DNA of 63,213 nt, counting the filler, from Basidiobolus meristosporus CBS 931.73 (Eukaryota; Fungi; Basidiobolomycota), in assembly GCA_002104905.1 (NCBI GenBank). It is 3 parts of 3 records of this genome, joined end to end, with 100 filler letters (N's around TTAATTAATTAA, not from the genome) between each part and the next. Parts side by side here need not be neighbours in the genome. Positions count along the whole stretch, not along the records: positions 37,622 to 63,213 come from MCFE01000929.1; 2 more parts are not named here. One strand, 5' to 3'. Position numbers and translations under genes: made by a program. The notes under the pieces are model-generated. The model was given only the letters and a program-made list of their open reading frames with translations. It was not told where the DNA came from and did not search any database. Of the stretch, positions 49,155-62,600 are shown piece by piece (positions within the stretch are counted from its first letter, which is position 1; each line of letters opens with the position of its first letter).

Positions 49155-49954
49155 TGTGGTAGGGTAAACATACCTCCCACAAACAAGTTCTTTCATATAG
49201 CCATTATGATATACTTATCCATATTTTATCTTATCAGTATTATCCAATTCTTCTTTGCCCATATTATCAGTATTATTCCCATATGATGTTTACCCTGATT
49301 AGTTATTAGCATTAATTATCCCAGATATTATTCAGCTTTGTGATCAGTATATGTATCTATGTAAGGCAAGTACCCGCGTAAGAACTGGCGACACATGATC
49401 TAGGTCTGTGTTACCATTGATACCATTTCAATACCTTATATGGTATTTCTATATTGCACAGGCTTCAAACTACTAATCCCTGATTGGTTGGATGTGCTGT
49501 GCCTTTTAGAACCTTCCAGGCATTCTTGGCATATTTTAGCTCATGGTGATGTCATTAAGAATTCCACTGATGCCTAGAATCCTCTAGATCTGGTCATTAG
49601 TAATCACTTGGCAATCAGGAAAAGTATTTAAGGGAAGTCAATCCCTCATCAATAAACCATCCCTTCTATCAGTAACACTTCTCCCTTATTGATTAGCAGT
49701 TGATCACTGCACCTACCTTCAATAGTACATCTCAGACCTGCCATCAAGGAGCTTTTAAGGGTAGTTCATAAGACACACAGAGGCCTTTGGAGAAATTTGG
49801 AGTACCTAGGAAGCTAGAGAAGCAGGAAATTTTTTCATAGTAACATATTAACAAAGACACCAGCAGTTTAGACACAGAGGTTATTGCATCCATCAGACAC
49901 CTCACTCACCTTGAGTTGTGTAGCTTGACCTTGGAGTACCTCTACACCACTGCA
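49155..49954 (+). mobile_element. Solo LTR family B, second copy
   Basis: Reverse complement of 4805-5608; TATA-like AAGTATTTAA and AATAAA present; no clean target duplication. Confidence 0.85.
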
Positions 49955-51094
49955 GTGTCAACAAGTGGCTTCACATTGAACTCAGCTAAGGGCCATGCCT
50001 GCACATCAAGTTGTGTCTGCAGGTGCCATTAGACCTGATCATCAGTAAGTTTCTACTGGTGAACTGACTGATGATGATCTACATGAAGTGCCTCCACCAC
50101 CAGAGCTTTTGGCAAGTAAAAGAATGCATCAGCACATTGCACTGCAGGCTGGCTCAGTTGCATCATTTGGAGCAATTCAGTGCAGCCAAGCTGCAGCATT
50201 GCACTCATCAACTAGGAGGCAAAATACTGACAACATCTACACAGGTAGCCAAGAGGAGAGTCAACAAGAAAGTAGTTTAGGTGTGCAAAGTGAAATAATA
50301 CCAAATGCTTCAGTAGTAATCCCTGTGAGAAAAAAACCTAGGAGAAGATGATGCAATTGCATTGAATTGCTATTATTTGTCATGATCTAAACAACACATT
50401 TTTTTTGCAATCTGCATCAAGCCATTACAAATCAGTGAACACTAAATTTCTGATATAAGCAATATCAAGGTTGCCTCACATTTGAGACAGGACCCCTATG
50501 AATAAGCACCCTGCATATGTACACATCATCTGTGGCACCAGTGCAGCCATTTGATCTGATTTGCACCTACAAAATTGGTTATGTGCTATCTATGACACCT
50601 TGTCCAATTATTAGGATTGGGGATTTACTTGCTTAGTGAGCAAAATGGGATATTTGATGGCAAAGTAGGTAGCTTGTGTATTGGTCAAAGAGTCAATTGG
50701 GGTCTGACAGCTTCTGGATACTTTTGGACCAATTAACAACTGAGATACCATCCAATTGGAGTGATGGTAACCATCATGGTAAGTATCAGTGTAGTTTATA
50801 GTGTGGTATGCATTTATTTCCATTTACAATAGAGAAACATATCCAAATATCAGGTTTTACCTACCATAATAGTGGTATGCAATTGCACACGTGATGCAAA
50901 CATTACAAGTTGGCGCAATCATTTGTGCCAACCTCATTGTGTCAGATTGTGCCATAGTGCACAGGATTGTCCCACATGGTGCAATATTGTCCAATAGTGA
51001 TTCTGCCTACTGGTAGCTACAATATTGTGCCTGATATTTCTTAGAGACCGTGAATTGCACTGTGCGCCCTGGCAGGATATGGTAGAACAAGTCT

Positions 51095-51449
51095 AATATC
51101 CAAGTGTAGTTCTTTATGGTACCAGTAGACCAAGATAGTACCATATACTTTTGCAACATGTTACAAAGCTCTGGAACTAGAATCAGAGTACCATGAATAT
51201 TGTTCACCAAATGCATGTCTTCAGTCCTACTATGCTCTTGGATACCATGCACAACATTGATCCCAATAAAAAGGTCAAAAAAGCAAACTTCTTCAGCACT
51301 AGGGGTGAAACATAGGGCTGCTTTGCATGAACATGTGGAATTATGTCTCATATTGTGTAGCTAAGTATAGGTTGACAGTACCTTTCTGGCACACTGTGGC
51401 ACTATTTGGCAATCATGGCTCAATAGAACACTATACTTTGGAACAAGTC
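51095..51449. mobile_element. Foldback element copy 3 (right arm only)
   Basis: Matches the right arm, ends GGAACAAGTC-TA; an extra terminal fragment TAGAACAAGTCTA lies just upstream near 51080-51095. Confidence 0.8.
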
Positions 51450-51470
51450 TACTATATTTACTACTGAGTA

Positions 51471-52192
51471 GACTTGTTGTGTTATGTATTGCCATAATGA
51501 GCCATGAGTGCTAAGTGATGCCATAGCATGCCTGGGAGGCCAAGTGGACCTATGTTTGTTCACAGAGTGTAAAAACACATTCTTTATCTTTATACAGAGC
51601 AGCTTCTGTGCTTCACCCATTGTGCTGAAGAAATTCTATTTTTTGAGCTTATTTTGGGATCAATGCTGTGCATATTGTTTTAGCACACAGAAAGACTAGA
51701 GAAGGACTGAATACTAGTATCTGGTACCCAATACTCAGGGCACTCTAAATCCTACTCCTGCAGCTTGTAACATGTCACAAAAAGAAGTGGTAATATCTTG
51801 GTCCACTGGCACTATCTGGCACTATGAGTGCTTTATGTAGATTTTACTTTAAGCCCAATATGTAAATATAGTGCCAGATAGTGCCATGCATTTCTGTGAC
51901 ATATTACAAGCTGCAAGAGCTAGGTTCAGAGTGTCATGGGTATTGAGTACCAGAAAGATATCTTCAGTCCTTTGGTGCTCTTACAAATTTTGCACAACAT
52001 TTATCTCAAGAAAATGGTCAAAAAATGGATTTCTCCTGCACAATAGGTGAAACACCGGAGCTGCTTTGCATGAAGATGAAGAGCTATATTTCACACTCTG
52101 TGGCCAAATATAGGTCTACTTAGCTTCCCTGGAACAGTGTGGCATCATGTGGCACTCATAGCTCACTGTAATACTCTCCAACAGAACAAGTT
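51471..52192. mobile_element. Foldback element copy 4 (more diverged)
   Basis: TA-GACTTGTT...AACAAGTT-TA; both arms recognisable. Confidence 0.85.
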
Positions 52193-53483
52193 TAGTATAC
52201 ATGAAACACTACTGCATTGTATACTTTGTTGCTCAACACCAGTACATATAACACTAGGTGTACAGTGATGGATGATCATGTCAATTCTCTAGCATTAGTT
52301 ACAATTCTGCTATTATGCACTGACTAAGTTACCTTCTGCTCCCAGCTGCAGTGCATATATCAGCAATGAAATCAGCTACATGTGTGTAAAGTGAAGTTTT
52401 TAAGGGACTTACATGACCAAGATTTACTAAGCTCATAAAAGATATTACAGAATTAAGTGGATGAACAATTTCAATAAAGAATCTGAGAACAAACATGCTT
52501 TTAAATCATGGGATTCCTGAGCACTAAAGAGGTTCTGTCAATGTGAGCATATGCCCTCTGCATGCTCCAGATCAAGATCAAAAAAGAAAATTGAGCAATA
52601 GCACCTGCAAAAATGGATATGACTACAATACTTATTTACCAAAGCACCCAATTATCAAATGGAGCTAGGTGCTATCTAGCCCAGTTTAGACTATCTGAAG
52701 CACTCAATCAAATCCAGGGACTCTACTACACTAGGATAATGAAGTAGTGCTGCTTGGAATAGCAGCAGAGCAGTCCAGAAGAAGCCAAAAACTCAGATGC
52801 AGCAACAATATCAGATGAACAATGAGGCTAATTAATTTACATTAGGAGCAAAAGGAGTGGTACCACAAGCCAATGTAAGGGTAACATAAATTCTACAAAT
52901 CATGGGCTTGTCAGTCTGCAGTTTGAACCAAGCTCTGACTAAAGTAATAGTAGTATACTGGAGCCATTTTGCCAGATATACATAGTTGAAGGTTCCAGAT
53001 TAAGTGGTACTTGTTAAGCATAGCAGTACATAAGAGACCATATCTATCCTGTGTAAGTAGATACCTACCTGACAGCTATCAATTAGGCTAGGTATTCTGC
53101 AATAGTAAATTAAGCTTTTTAAGTTACAAAGGGATAAACTGACTACTGAAAGGGGGATGTTAAACCAGGAAAGTTAAGCCTTGATCAATAAGATATTTGT
53201 GAGTGATTTAAGTCACTTTGAGATGGCAGGAAGCCCTAGCAGCTGAAGCTTCAGTAGGTGTACACTATCCCAGATCTGGAATGAAGAGCCCTTGGACTAA
53301 GCATCACAGAAAACATTACCCTACAGAAAGTATCTTAGTCCTGTGAGTGGATCTGATCTGGATCAACCTTGAACATACCAACAAGAGACTGCTGTAATAC
53401 TAGCAGCTTGGAACTAATGACCTTCTATGGAATCATATGACTGTATCAAAACATCATTTGGCTAACTTTACAGCTAAATAAAA

Positions 53484-54215
53484 GACTTGCTCTGTTGGAT
53501 AGTGCCACATTGGGCCACAAGTGCCAAATGATGCCATAGGGTGCCAAGGAGGCCAAGTGAGCCTATACTTGGCCACAGAGTGTAAAACATAGCTCTGCAT
53601 CTTCATGCAAAGTGGCCCCTGTGCTTCACCCATTGTGCTGGAGAAAATTCATTTTTTGACCTTTTTGTTTGGATCAACATTGTTCAGGATGTGGGAGAGC
53701 ACAGAAGGACTGAAGACGTGCATCTGATACTCAGTACCCATGGCACTCTGAATCTAGCTCCTGTGGCTTGTATCATGTCACAAAAACACATGGTACTATC
53801 TTGGTCCACTGGTACTATGTGGCACTATGAGTGCTTTATATAGGTCTTACTATAGGACTAATATTTAAATATAGTGCCTGATAGTACCAGTGGGCCAAGA
53901 TAGTGCCATGCATTTTTGTGACATGATACAAGCCACAGGAGCTAGATTCAGAGTGCCATGGGTATTGAGTACCAGATGCATGTCTTCAGTCCCTCTTTGC
54001 GCTCACACATCCTGAGCTACATTGATCCAGTAAAAAAGGTCAAAAAATGAATTTTCTCCAGCACAATGGGTGAAACACAAGGGCCACTTTGCATGAAGAT
54101 GCAGAACTATGTTTTACACTCTGTGGCCAAGTATAGGCTCACTTGGCCTGCTTGGCACACTATGGCATCATTTGGCAATCATGGCTCAATGTGGCACTAT
54201 CTAATAGAACAAGTC
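53484..54215. mobile_element. Foldback element copy 5
   Basis: GACTTGC...GAACAAGTC-TA; long arm-to-arm identity. Confidence 0.9.
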
Positions 54216-54399
54216 TAAAGTTAAAAAACATAAAAGTGTTTGTACAGTTTGTGCCAAGGGTGGCATAGTATTGTTATGGTCTTAGTGTGCTTGACAACAA
54301 TGTGAGTGGATCTAACCAGCCAGTACATCCAATTGCCTTATATGGCAAAAAACATTATGGCATTTTTATGGCCTCACAGCAAGTCTTTGGTAGCATCCT

Positions 54400-57300
54400 T
54401 ATGGCAGTATGGCAGCCTATAGCTAGTTCTGTATAATGCCACTGTACCAACTAACCAAATGGTACTTCCTTTTTCTATCTCCATTTGCACAACTCATATA
54501 ATGCACTGTAGTGTTACCCCTCTTTATTTGCTTACCCACTACTACCTTGGGTACTCCATACACAATTTGGGCCAAAAAAAAATATGGCCTCCTGCTTACT
54601 AACCTCTTCAAACACACACAACTGCTGCAATTGACATATTCCTATCACCTCAGCTTTATGGCTTTTTAGTATAGTACTTGCAAAGTTGTTATATACCTTG
54701 TGTTACTGGTAACATATACATCTTTCAAACAAATGCTTAGTTGCCGCCACTTGCGCCATCAATATCTCCTGAATATTTGCAAAGAACCTTTTGGGATTTA
54801 GCTAATATATTCCTTTTCCCTGCTGGATTCTAGTCCCCCTGATAGGTGTACCCTGGCTCATATTTATGTGAGTTTTTATTGAATGGTGTAGAAATTGGCT
54901 GGTGGCAAAAGAAAATCCACCATACTATGGTAGAGTCTGCCTAATAAAACTAGTTACTTGATGCACCCATCCCAACTTTGCCTTACTTGACTGATTACCT
55001 ATGTATTACAGCTGCTTAGCTTATTAATGCCATAGGCATAGGTGTCTCCATGTGCACATCTGTCCACAGTATTTTCCAACTCTTCCTGGCTGTCCTTCAT
55101 GTGCCAGCTTATTACATCCATGCAAGACTTGAGGGTAATATTCTTGATAACACTGGGTTATGGTAGTACCTGCAACTTGACTTGTCTTCCTATCTCCCTA
55201 CACATTTGCTCCTTAGGAAACTCCCTAAAGGTGAAGCAAGGCCCAATATTCTGAACACACAAAGCAAGATGGAATAGCAAATGGATAGTGTAGTGGCAGA
55301 CATCTACACATTCAGCTTTATGCTGGTAGAATAGCTGCTCAAACTCCATCATACACTCCATGCACAAAAGCTGTAGATGTGTATGTTTGGCATTGGTGAT
55401 CTGCTTCTTGATAAATATTCCTCTGATTTCTACATATGAATCTGAATGCTCCCAAGGTACTCTTGGTAGAAATGACTTGATTTGCCTTCCTATCTCCCCA
55501 CACATTTACTCTATAGGAAACTCCTAAAAGGTAAAGCAAGGTCCAATATTCTCAACACACCAAGCAAGATGGAGTAGCAAATGTAATCTGTAGTGGCAGC
55601 AATCTACATGTTCAGCTTTATATTGATAGTAAAGTTGCTGAAATCCTGCCACAAACTCTTTGCACAAAAGCTGTAGGTGCATCAAGTTGGTATTGGTGAT
55701 AAGCTTCTGGATAATATTCATACAATGCTCACATATGAGTCCAAATGATTCTAATGAACTCTTTGCAGAAATGACTTCAGAAGTATACTTGATTAAATGT
55801 ATATCCAGTTCATCCAGTCCTAACACTTGCATTGTTGCATGCGTGCATAATGTGAATTGAAGCCCATGAGTAGTACTTAGGGGAGCAAATACTCTGTAAT
55901 ATCTTGCTAATTCTTCCAGACATCTCTGGCATCTCAAAGGGCTCATTTGCCTTGAAATGCCCCCTGTACAACTTGGTCATCAGTATTGGATATTGTCAAA
56001 AAACAAATGGATTGCTCCCAGTGGAAAACTTTTGCTCTAGAAGATACCCTCCATGTTAAGTATCTTTAGTTTCCAATTAATTCAATATTCCAGCCAATGG
56101 CTTATAGCCTTCCAACTTTGCTGCAATTGCATGTGGACATCTTGATGTTCTTCCTGCAGGAAGATGATGCTTGTAGTATTTGTGTTTGGGTAATAATAAT
56201 GTGTGTGGGTTATGGACTAGGTCTCTTGAGTCTCACACATTTGATGGCAATACAGTCAATTGTACCCAGAAATGCCTACCATCTTGCTGATGGCTGGGGT
56301 ATCTCCAATGCATATAATAATATGCACTATGACATGATGGCCATTTACTGGTATTCTTCTGGAAAGCATATGAAATTCATCCAGCAATGGATACAGCTGG
56401 CTATCCAGGTTTAATGGTGACTTAGGCCTGGATACCAGTGAGACTACCATCAGATTTATGCTCTGATACTATAAGGAAGGCAGCAGATTCAGGCTGATGA
56501 GAATTAGTGGCCAGCAGGATTTGCTAGGTGAGTACTTGTATAATGATAATACATCAAGTGCAAATACAAAGGCATGGTCATACATACCATTCAAGTAGCC
56601 CTTGCTTCTTGGATGTTTGTAATGTTTGCCATCAAATATATTGGATATACTTGCACTTGAGTGATACCAAGTGTGGTACTTTATAGCTTCACAATAATTG
56701 TTAAACTACATGAGCTGTTTAAGTTGGGGTATTAACAAAATATATTTGCAGTGTGAACAATGTCCTCCAATAGTGGTGGATTCCTGACAAGTTGGGCACC
56801 TTCCTATGGTGGCATTTTCTGATGTAAATACCATGCAGCTGTTTACTTATGCTGCTATTGACACAGTCACTTGGTCATATGTTGCCAGGAGCAATACAGT
56901 TGTTCACTTCCACCATGTACATGGACTTGTATCCCAGGATGATTATGTCAAGAGGCTGTAGTAAATCCTCAAAGCCCCCATTACTGATGATGAAAGAAAC
57001 ATGCAACTGCTCTGGCCACAACATCACATCATATACCAGTAGTTGAATTTCTGGGCCCACATGACTCCATAAGGTTTCCTTGGGCTTTTTTTCCACAGGT
57101 GTTGTCTCATAACATAATGGGATTTTGCAAGGCTCATGCAGGGTACTGTTGTTAGGGAAAATAGGCACACAATTCATCAGTGAGCCTGCTTCTTTGGAGC
57201 TAACACTCTGGATGCCATATTCAGAAAACTGCAGTGAGCCTAAAGGTATCACAAGCTTACATGACTCAGTTAGTTCCAGGTGACAAGTATGGCCAGCATT
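54400..57300 (-). mobile_element. Degenerate CACTA/EnSpm-like (Tnp2 family) transposase relic, copy 2, with internal duplication
   Basis: RPKSPLNLDSQLYPLLDEF...IGDTPAISKMVG and, twice, YQ.KAE.VD.CHY..HLL.HLA.CV.NIGPCFTF; these resemble Transposase_21/DUF4218 motifs. Confidence 0.72.
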
Positions 57301-57543
57301 GAATCAAAGTAGTCTTGTCCAAGGGGCCAACTGCTTGACACTCAACAACATAACACTGTTACATCTCTTTTTTGTCAATATATATGCAAATTTAAGACAG
57401 TCTGGTACTTGAGGCATTGCACCTATATGGATGTAGGGTTCAATGATGACATGCAATAGTATCATTATAAATAAAGTTATGGCACCACATACACATGTAT
57501 ATGTAGCACTATTTCCCCTTTAGTTTGACCCACTTCCATATAT

Positions 57544-58800
57544 ATGCCACCAAAACATCAAACAATGTCAGCTGGCTCCCAGCCAAACCCCACTGCAGAG
57601 AGCAGCAGAAGAGATGTTGGACAACAGCTTGCTTTGACATTCAGTGCAAAAAGCAGGACTACAGCCAAGCAAAGCCCTGTGGACATTAGGCCCACTGAAG
57701 GTAACAATACAGACCTCTCAGGCTCTCAGTCAAGTAGGCAACTGGGAATCTCTACTGAGCCACAACCTGACCGTTATGCTGAGGCAGATGTGAATGTAGC
57801 AAGAGCAGTACCTTCAGTTGAAGACCAACAAATAGCCATCACAACATCCACCACCACCACCTCTACTAGCAAGTATGTTATCAGTTCATACCAAAGTATT
57901 AATGAGGTAATTAGGTGCAGTGGCTGATAGCATAGATGCAATCACCCAGAGAAATCAGCAAATAGTCTAGAAGCATGATGAGTGGTTAAAAGGTGGAGAG
58001 CAATCAATATTCCAGAGAGAGAAAGCCATATCTTTGCTGCCAAGAAGGAGCTCAAGCAGCCCAATGTTACATTCAAGAAATTAACCATTTCCTGATGTAA
58101 CAGCAGAGGAACACTGTAGAGTCTCAAAGATAACAAGAGCGCCCAAAAATAAAGCTCACAGAATAACCTATCACAGCATGGTAGCAAGGAAATATAGTGT
58201 TTATACCAGGGCCTAAAAATCAAAAGATATTGCTGATACATGAAGTCATTGAGTGTAATGGTGAACAGTGGACTAATGTTCCAGAGGCAGTTAGGAGTCT
58301 AGCATGCTAACACCTTAAGGCTGGCAGACCATAGAGCCATCAGGAACCCAAGGTCAAGCAAAATGTGTTTGACTTGTTGCATGAGCATTATTGTGGATTC
58401 AGACAAGCAAATGAATTTTTACCAGCATTAGTATGCTAAGAAAGTATCTTAAGAATAGCAGAGACTATAAAAGGCACAAGAACAAGGGTGCAATGGCTAA
58501 AACCAGCAGCTTCCTCAAGAACCCTTGTAGGCATAGCCAAAAGCTTTAAACAAGCATCAAAGAGACATATGGTAGCTTGATAAATGCCAATAAGTGAAAA
58601 GCAGGAAGACACAGATGCAGCAGCACAACACTGACAAACAAAAAAGCATAGCTCTACTCAAGAAGCACTCAGTCAGAGTAGCAGTGAAGGACCTGGCAGT
58701 GATGAAAGCAAGCAACTACCTCAGGAGCTCATTACTGCATGGGCTGAGAGCTCAAAACAATCAGGAAAGAAGTGTCAGGTTGCCTGTAGATTGACAGCAA
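57544..58800 (+). pseudogene. Decayed ORF with a Myb/SANT-like segment, divergent from the CACTA-like transposase
   Basis: Stop-interrupted frame containing KILLIHEVIECNGEQWTNVPEAV near 58220-58290. Confidence 0.3.
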
Positions 58801-59288
58801 GCAGCAAGCAGGCTGAAACAGATGCATTGGTGCAGCATTTATCAGGAGAAAGTTTAGTTCAATTCTTCCATGAAGCTCACAATGCTTTGTTGCAGTAGAT
58901 TTCTTCTTGGTGGAATGACTAGTTTCTTCCCCAGTTGTAACTGGATTCTGAGTGAAGTAGCCTGAAGTCTAGCCAACAGCAGCAATTGTGGTAATTGCAA
59001 GTGAGCATATCTTTGAGATCTGGTCATAAGTATGTGCAGTGTTGTATGCTTTCACACAAGCAATATTAATCTGTATCAGGTGTGAGAATTTTGTAAGAAA
59101 ACAAGCTGTCAGCAACAAATTATCATTATTAATTTCAGCCAATCACTTTTATCTTTGAAATTGATCGCTGAAGTGCTGCACAAACTCACCCTTTTGCATT
59201 GAAGTTTTCCATAGGCTTCAATTTAGATGTACTTTCTTGAGAGCATTCTCAAAATTGCTGTAAAGTGGTGTTGGGCAATTTTCTGCCC

Positions 59289-59656
59289 TGTTACAAGTCT
59301 TGGTATAAGAGTTGTAGAGGAATAGGGAGTTTAGCTAGTATTGTATTCACTAAAACTTGAACTGATTTTTATTGAGGTTCCAGCAGCTCCTTATATACAT
59401 TTTGCCAGATCAATTGCTGACTAATTGTATTTCCTAATGTAGGTTGTGGCTGATGACTCATTTGATTGCATCATCATCACCCAATAAGATCCTACTTAAT
59501 ATATCTTTTTCTGTCTGATAAGGATCTGCTGATTCATTTGCTGACTAATGCTACTGATTTCATAGATAATACTGATATACTGATAACCTAAACATATACT
59601 AATTGATTTGACTAAAAACTGATCTAACTTAAACATTCAAGCGGCAGATCATAACA
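59289..59656 (-). mobile_element. 3' LTR (368 bp) of the intact Ty3/gypsy element
   Basis: PPT AGTAGGGGGAGAA immediately before TGTTATGA; TATATAAG and AATAAA inside; ends TTGTAACA. Confidence 0.8.
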
Positions 59657-59666
59657 TTCTCCCCTA

Positions 59667-62600
59667 CTAAAGTTGAGAGAGTTCTCCTGAATCTCTTTTC
59701 TTGTGATACCAATATCTTGATGGTTCAGTATTATCAGCAAGTCTTGCAAGCTTGAGTCTGTCCCTATGCACTAAGTCTTCCCGGATATTACCTTGCTTGT
59801 CCACCAGTTGGTAAGTTGCAAATGGACATTCTCTGATGATCTTGAATGGTCCTGTCCATTGTGGCTCAAACTTCTTCCGAGTGTTGTTTCTTAGCAATAC
59901 AAAGTTCCCAACTGTCAATGCTTCTGGTGCTATAGTCTTATCAAATCTCTGCTTCATCTTTTCTGCACTTTGAGATACTTTGGTCTGTGCCTCTTGACGT
60001 CTTTGTTCCAGTTGCTGGTGTCTACTTGGCTGACTAAGTTCATCTTCTAAGGCATCTGTAAGCTTGGGTTGTGTGAGATCTCCTGGAATCCTAGGTTCAC
60101 ATCCATAAACTAAGTAAAATGGTGATTGCTGGGTGGTGTTGTGTACTCTGACTCTGCATGCAAAGAGTGCTTGGTCTATATACTCATCCCATCTACTGAC
60201 AACTCCATTTGCATACTTAGTCAGCATTTTTCCAAATAATCCATTAAACCGCTCAGTGACTCCATTAGTTCTGGGGTGATATGCCGAGGTTTTCAAGTGT
60301 CTGATCTGCTGCATTTCCAGGTAAGCCTCTAATGTCTTTGCCATAAAGTTTGCACCTCTATCGGATAAGATCTCCACAGGGCATCCAAACTTCATCAGGA
60401 TCTCATGGTAAATGAAACTTGCAACTTCTTGTTCACTGGCTATTGGTACGGCTTTAGCAACTGGCCATTTAGTGGCATGGTCAATAGCTACTAGGATCCA
60501 ACGGTTACATTTCCTGGTAGTTGGCAGTCTTCCAATAAAGTCAATTCCCCATCTCTCAAATGGTCTTACAGGCTCCAAAGGGAAGAGTTCGGCAATTCTT
60601 TGTGGCTGGCCTTGATTGATTTGGCAGTTTGGGCATGTTTTTACTAGCTTCTCAATGTCTTGTTTCATTCTGGGCCACCATGCTCTGGCTTTTACAAGGC
60701 TATAGGTTCCTTCAATCCCAAGATGTCCATATCCATTGTGTAGCTTATGTATTAAATCCAGGCGAGCAACATAAGGACAATAGGCAATAGGGCTTCCATC
60801 AACAATTCGGTAGAGTGTTTCATCCTGTACAACAAATTTGCTGGCTTCATCCCGGATTATCTTCTTGATATCTTCATCCACCTCATTAGGAATGGCTTGG
60901 TCCTCCAAGTACTTTGGTAATAGGCTAGGCCAATCTGATTCATGCACCAAGTTGAGTTGTGCAACTTGATCTAATCTTGATAAGGCATCAGCAACCGTGT
61001 TGTTTTTTCCAGGGCAGTAGACAATCTCCAGGTCAAATTGCTGAATGTATTCACTCCATCTTGTCATTCTTCTAGAGAGTACCTTCTGAGTAAATATATA
61101 CTTGAGGGAGGCATGATCAGTCTTCACAGTGCATTTGACTCCTTCAATATAGCATCTCCATGTCTTCAAACAGTGTATTATAGCAAGCATCTCCTTCTCA
61201 TGGACTGGATAGTTTTGTTCTGCTGAGTTCAGTTTCTTGGATTCAAAGGCAACAGGGTAGTCCTTTCCCTCGTGTTCTTGGCTCAGCACTCCACCAATTG
61301 CATAATCTGAAGCATCTGTGCATAGAGTGAACTCTTTTCTGAAGTCTGGTATTCTTAAGCTTGGTAACTTAGCAAGTTCATTCTTTAGCGTCTGGAAGGC
61401 AGTCTCACAAGCTATGTCCCACTTGTAGGTATTCTCTTTCTTGAGGATATCAGTTAAAGGGGCTGCAATACTTGCAAATGACTTGACAAATCTCCGATAA
61501 TAGGAAACCATTCCAAGGAAGGATCTGAGTTCTGATATGCTATGGGGCTGCTTCAAATTCTTGATTACTTCCACCTTCTTGGGGTCTAAGGTTACTCCTG
61601 TGCTAGTCACTATGTGTCCCAGATATTCTACGTGTTCCTTGAAGAATTCACACTTGGCTAGCTTGCCGTATAGCTTGTTCTCTCTTAGTTTCTTCAAGAC
61701 CTTTTCAATGTGCACCATGTGATCCTTTTCTGTCTTGCTGTATATCAATATGTCATCCAGGTAGATTATCACAAACTTGTCTAAGTACTCCTGAAAGACA
61801 GTCTGCATCAGCGTCATGAATGTTGCAGGGGCATTAGTGAGGCCAAAACTCATGACTAAGTACTCGTAATGTCCATATCTGGTCCTGAATGCTGTCTTAG
61901 GGATATCTTCTGGTTTCACCCTAATCTGGTTGTATCCTGACATGAGGTCGATCTTGCTGAAAATAGTGGCTCCATTAAGTTGGTCCAAAAGCTCATCAAT
62001 CCGAGGTATGGGGTACTTATTCTTGACGGTAACTGAGTTCAGGGCTCTGTAGTCAATGCACATCCTAAGTGTTCCATCCTTCTTTTTCACAAAAAGCACT
62101 GGTGCTCCCCAAGGTGACTTGCTGGGCCTGATGTATCCTTGCTCCAATAGCTGATCAATTTGTTTCTTCATTTCCTCCAATTCCAATGGACTCATTCTGT
62201 AAGGTGTCTTGCTCACTGGAGGGCTATCTCCTGTGTCAATGGCATGATCCACGTCTCTGACTGGTGGTAGGCTTACAAGCTCATCTGGAAACACGTCTGA
62301 ATATTTCTTCAAGAGAGTCTGGACCTGCTGGGGTGCTGGGATAGAGGAATCCTCCTGTAATACCGCCATGAGGAACATCTGGGTACCTTTTCTAAGTGCT
62401 CTACAGAACTGGGTCTTGCTAAGTTCACTTGTCTCACACACACTGGAATTGACCAAGTTGAAATCCAGCCTGGCAGGTAATAGCTCATAGGTCTTGTTGT
62501 CTTTTTGGATCTGAGTAGCATGGGTTCTCCAGTTGATTGATGGATTACGACAAAATAGCCAGGTTTTCCCAAGTACAAGGTCAAACTTGCAGTTCCCAAA

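Noticed and set aside
43803-54200. Recurrent short ORFs such as MGETLGLLCMKMQS... as a multicopy peptide family
   Set aside because: They are incidental frames of the foldback arms, vary in start and stop between copies and lack coding features.
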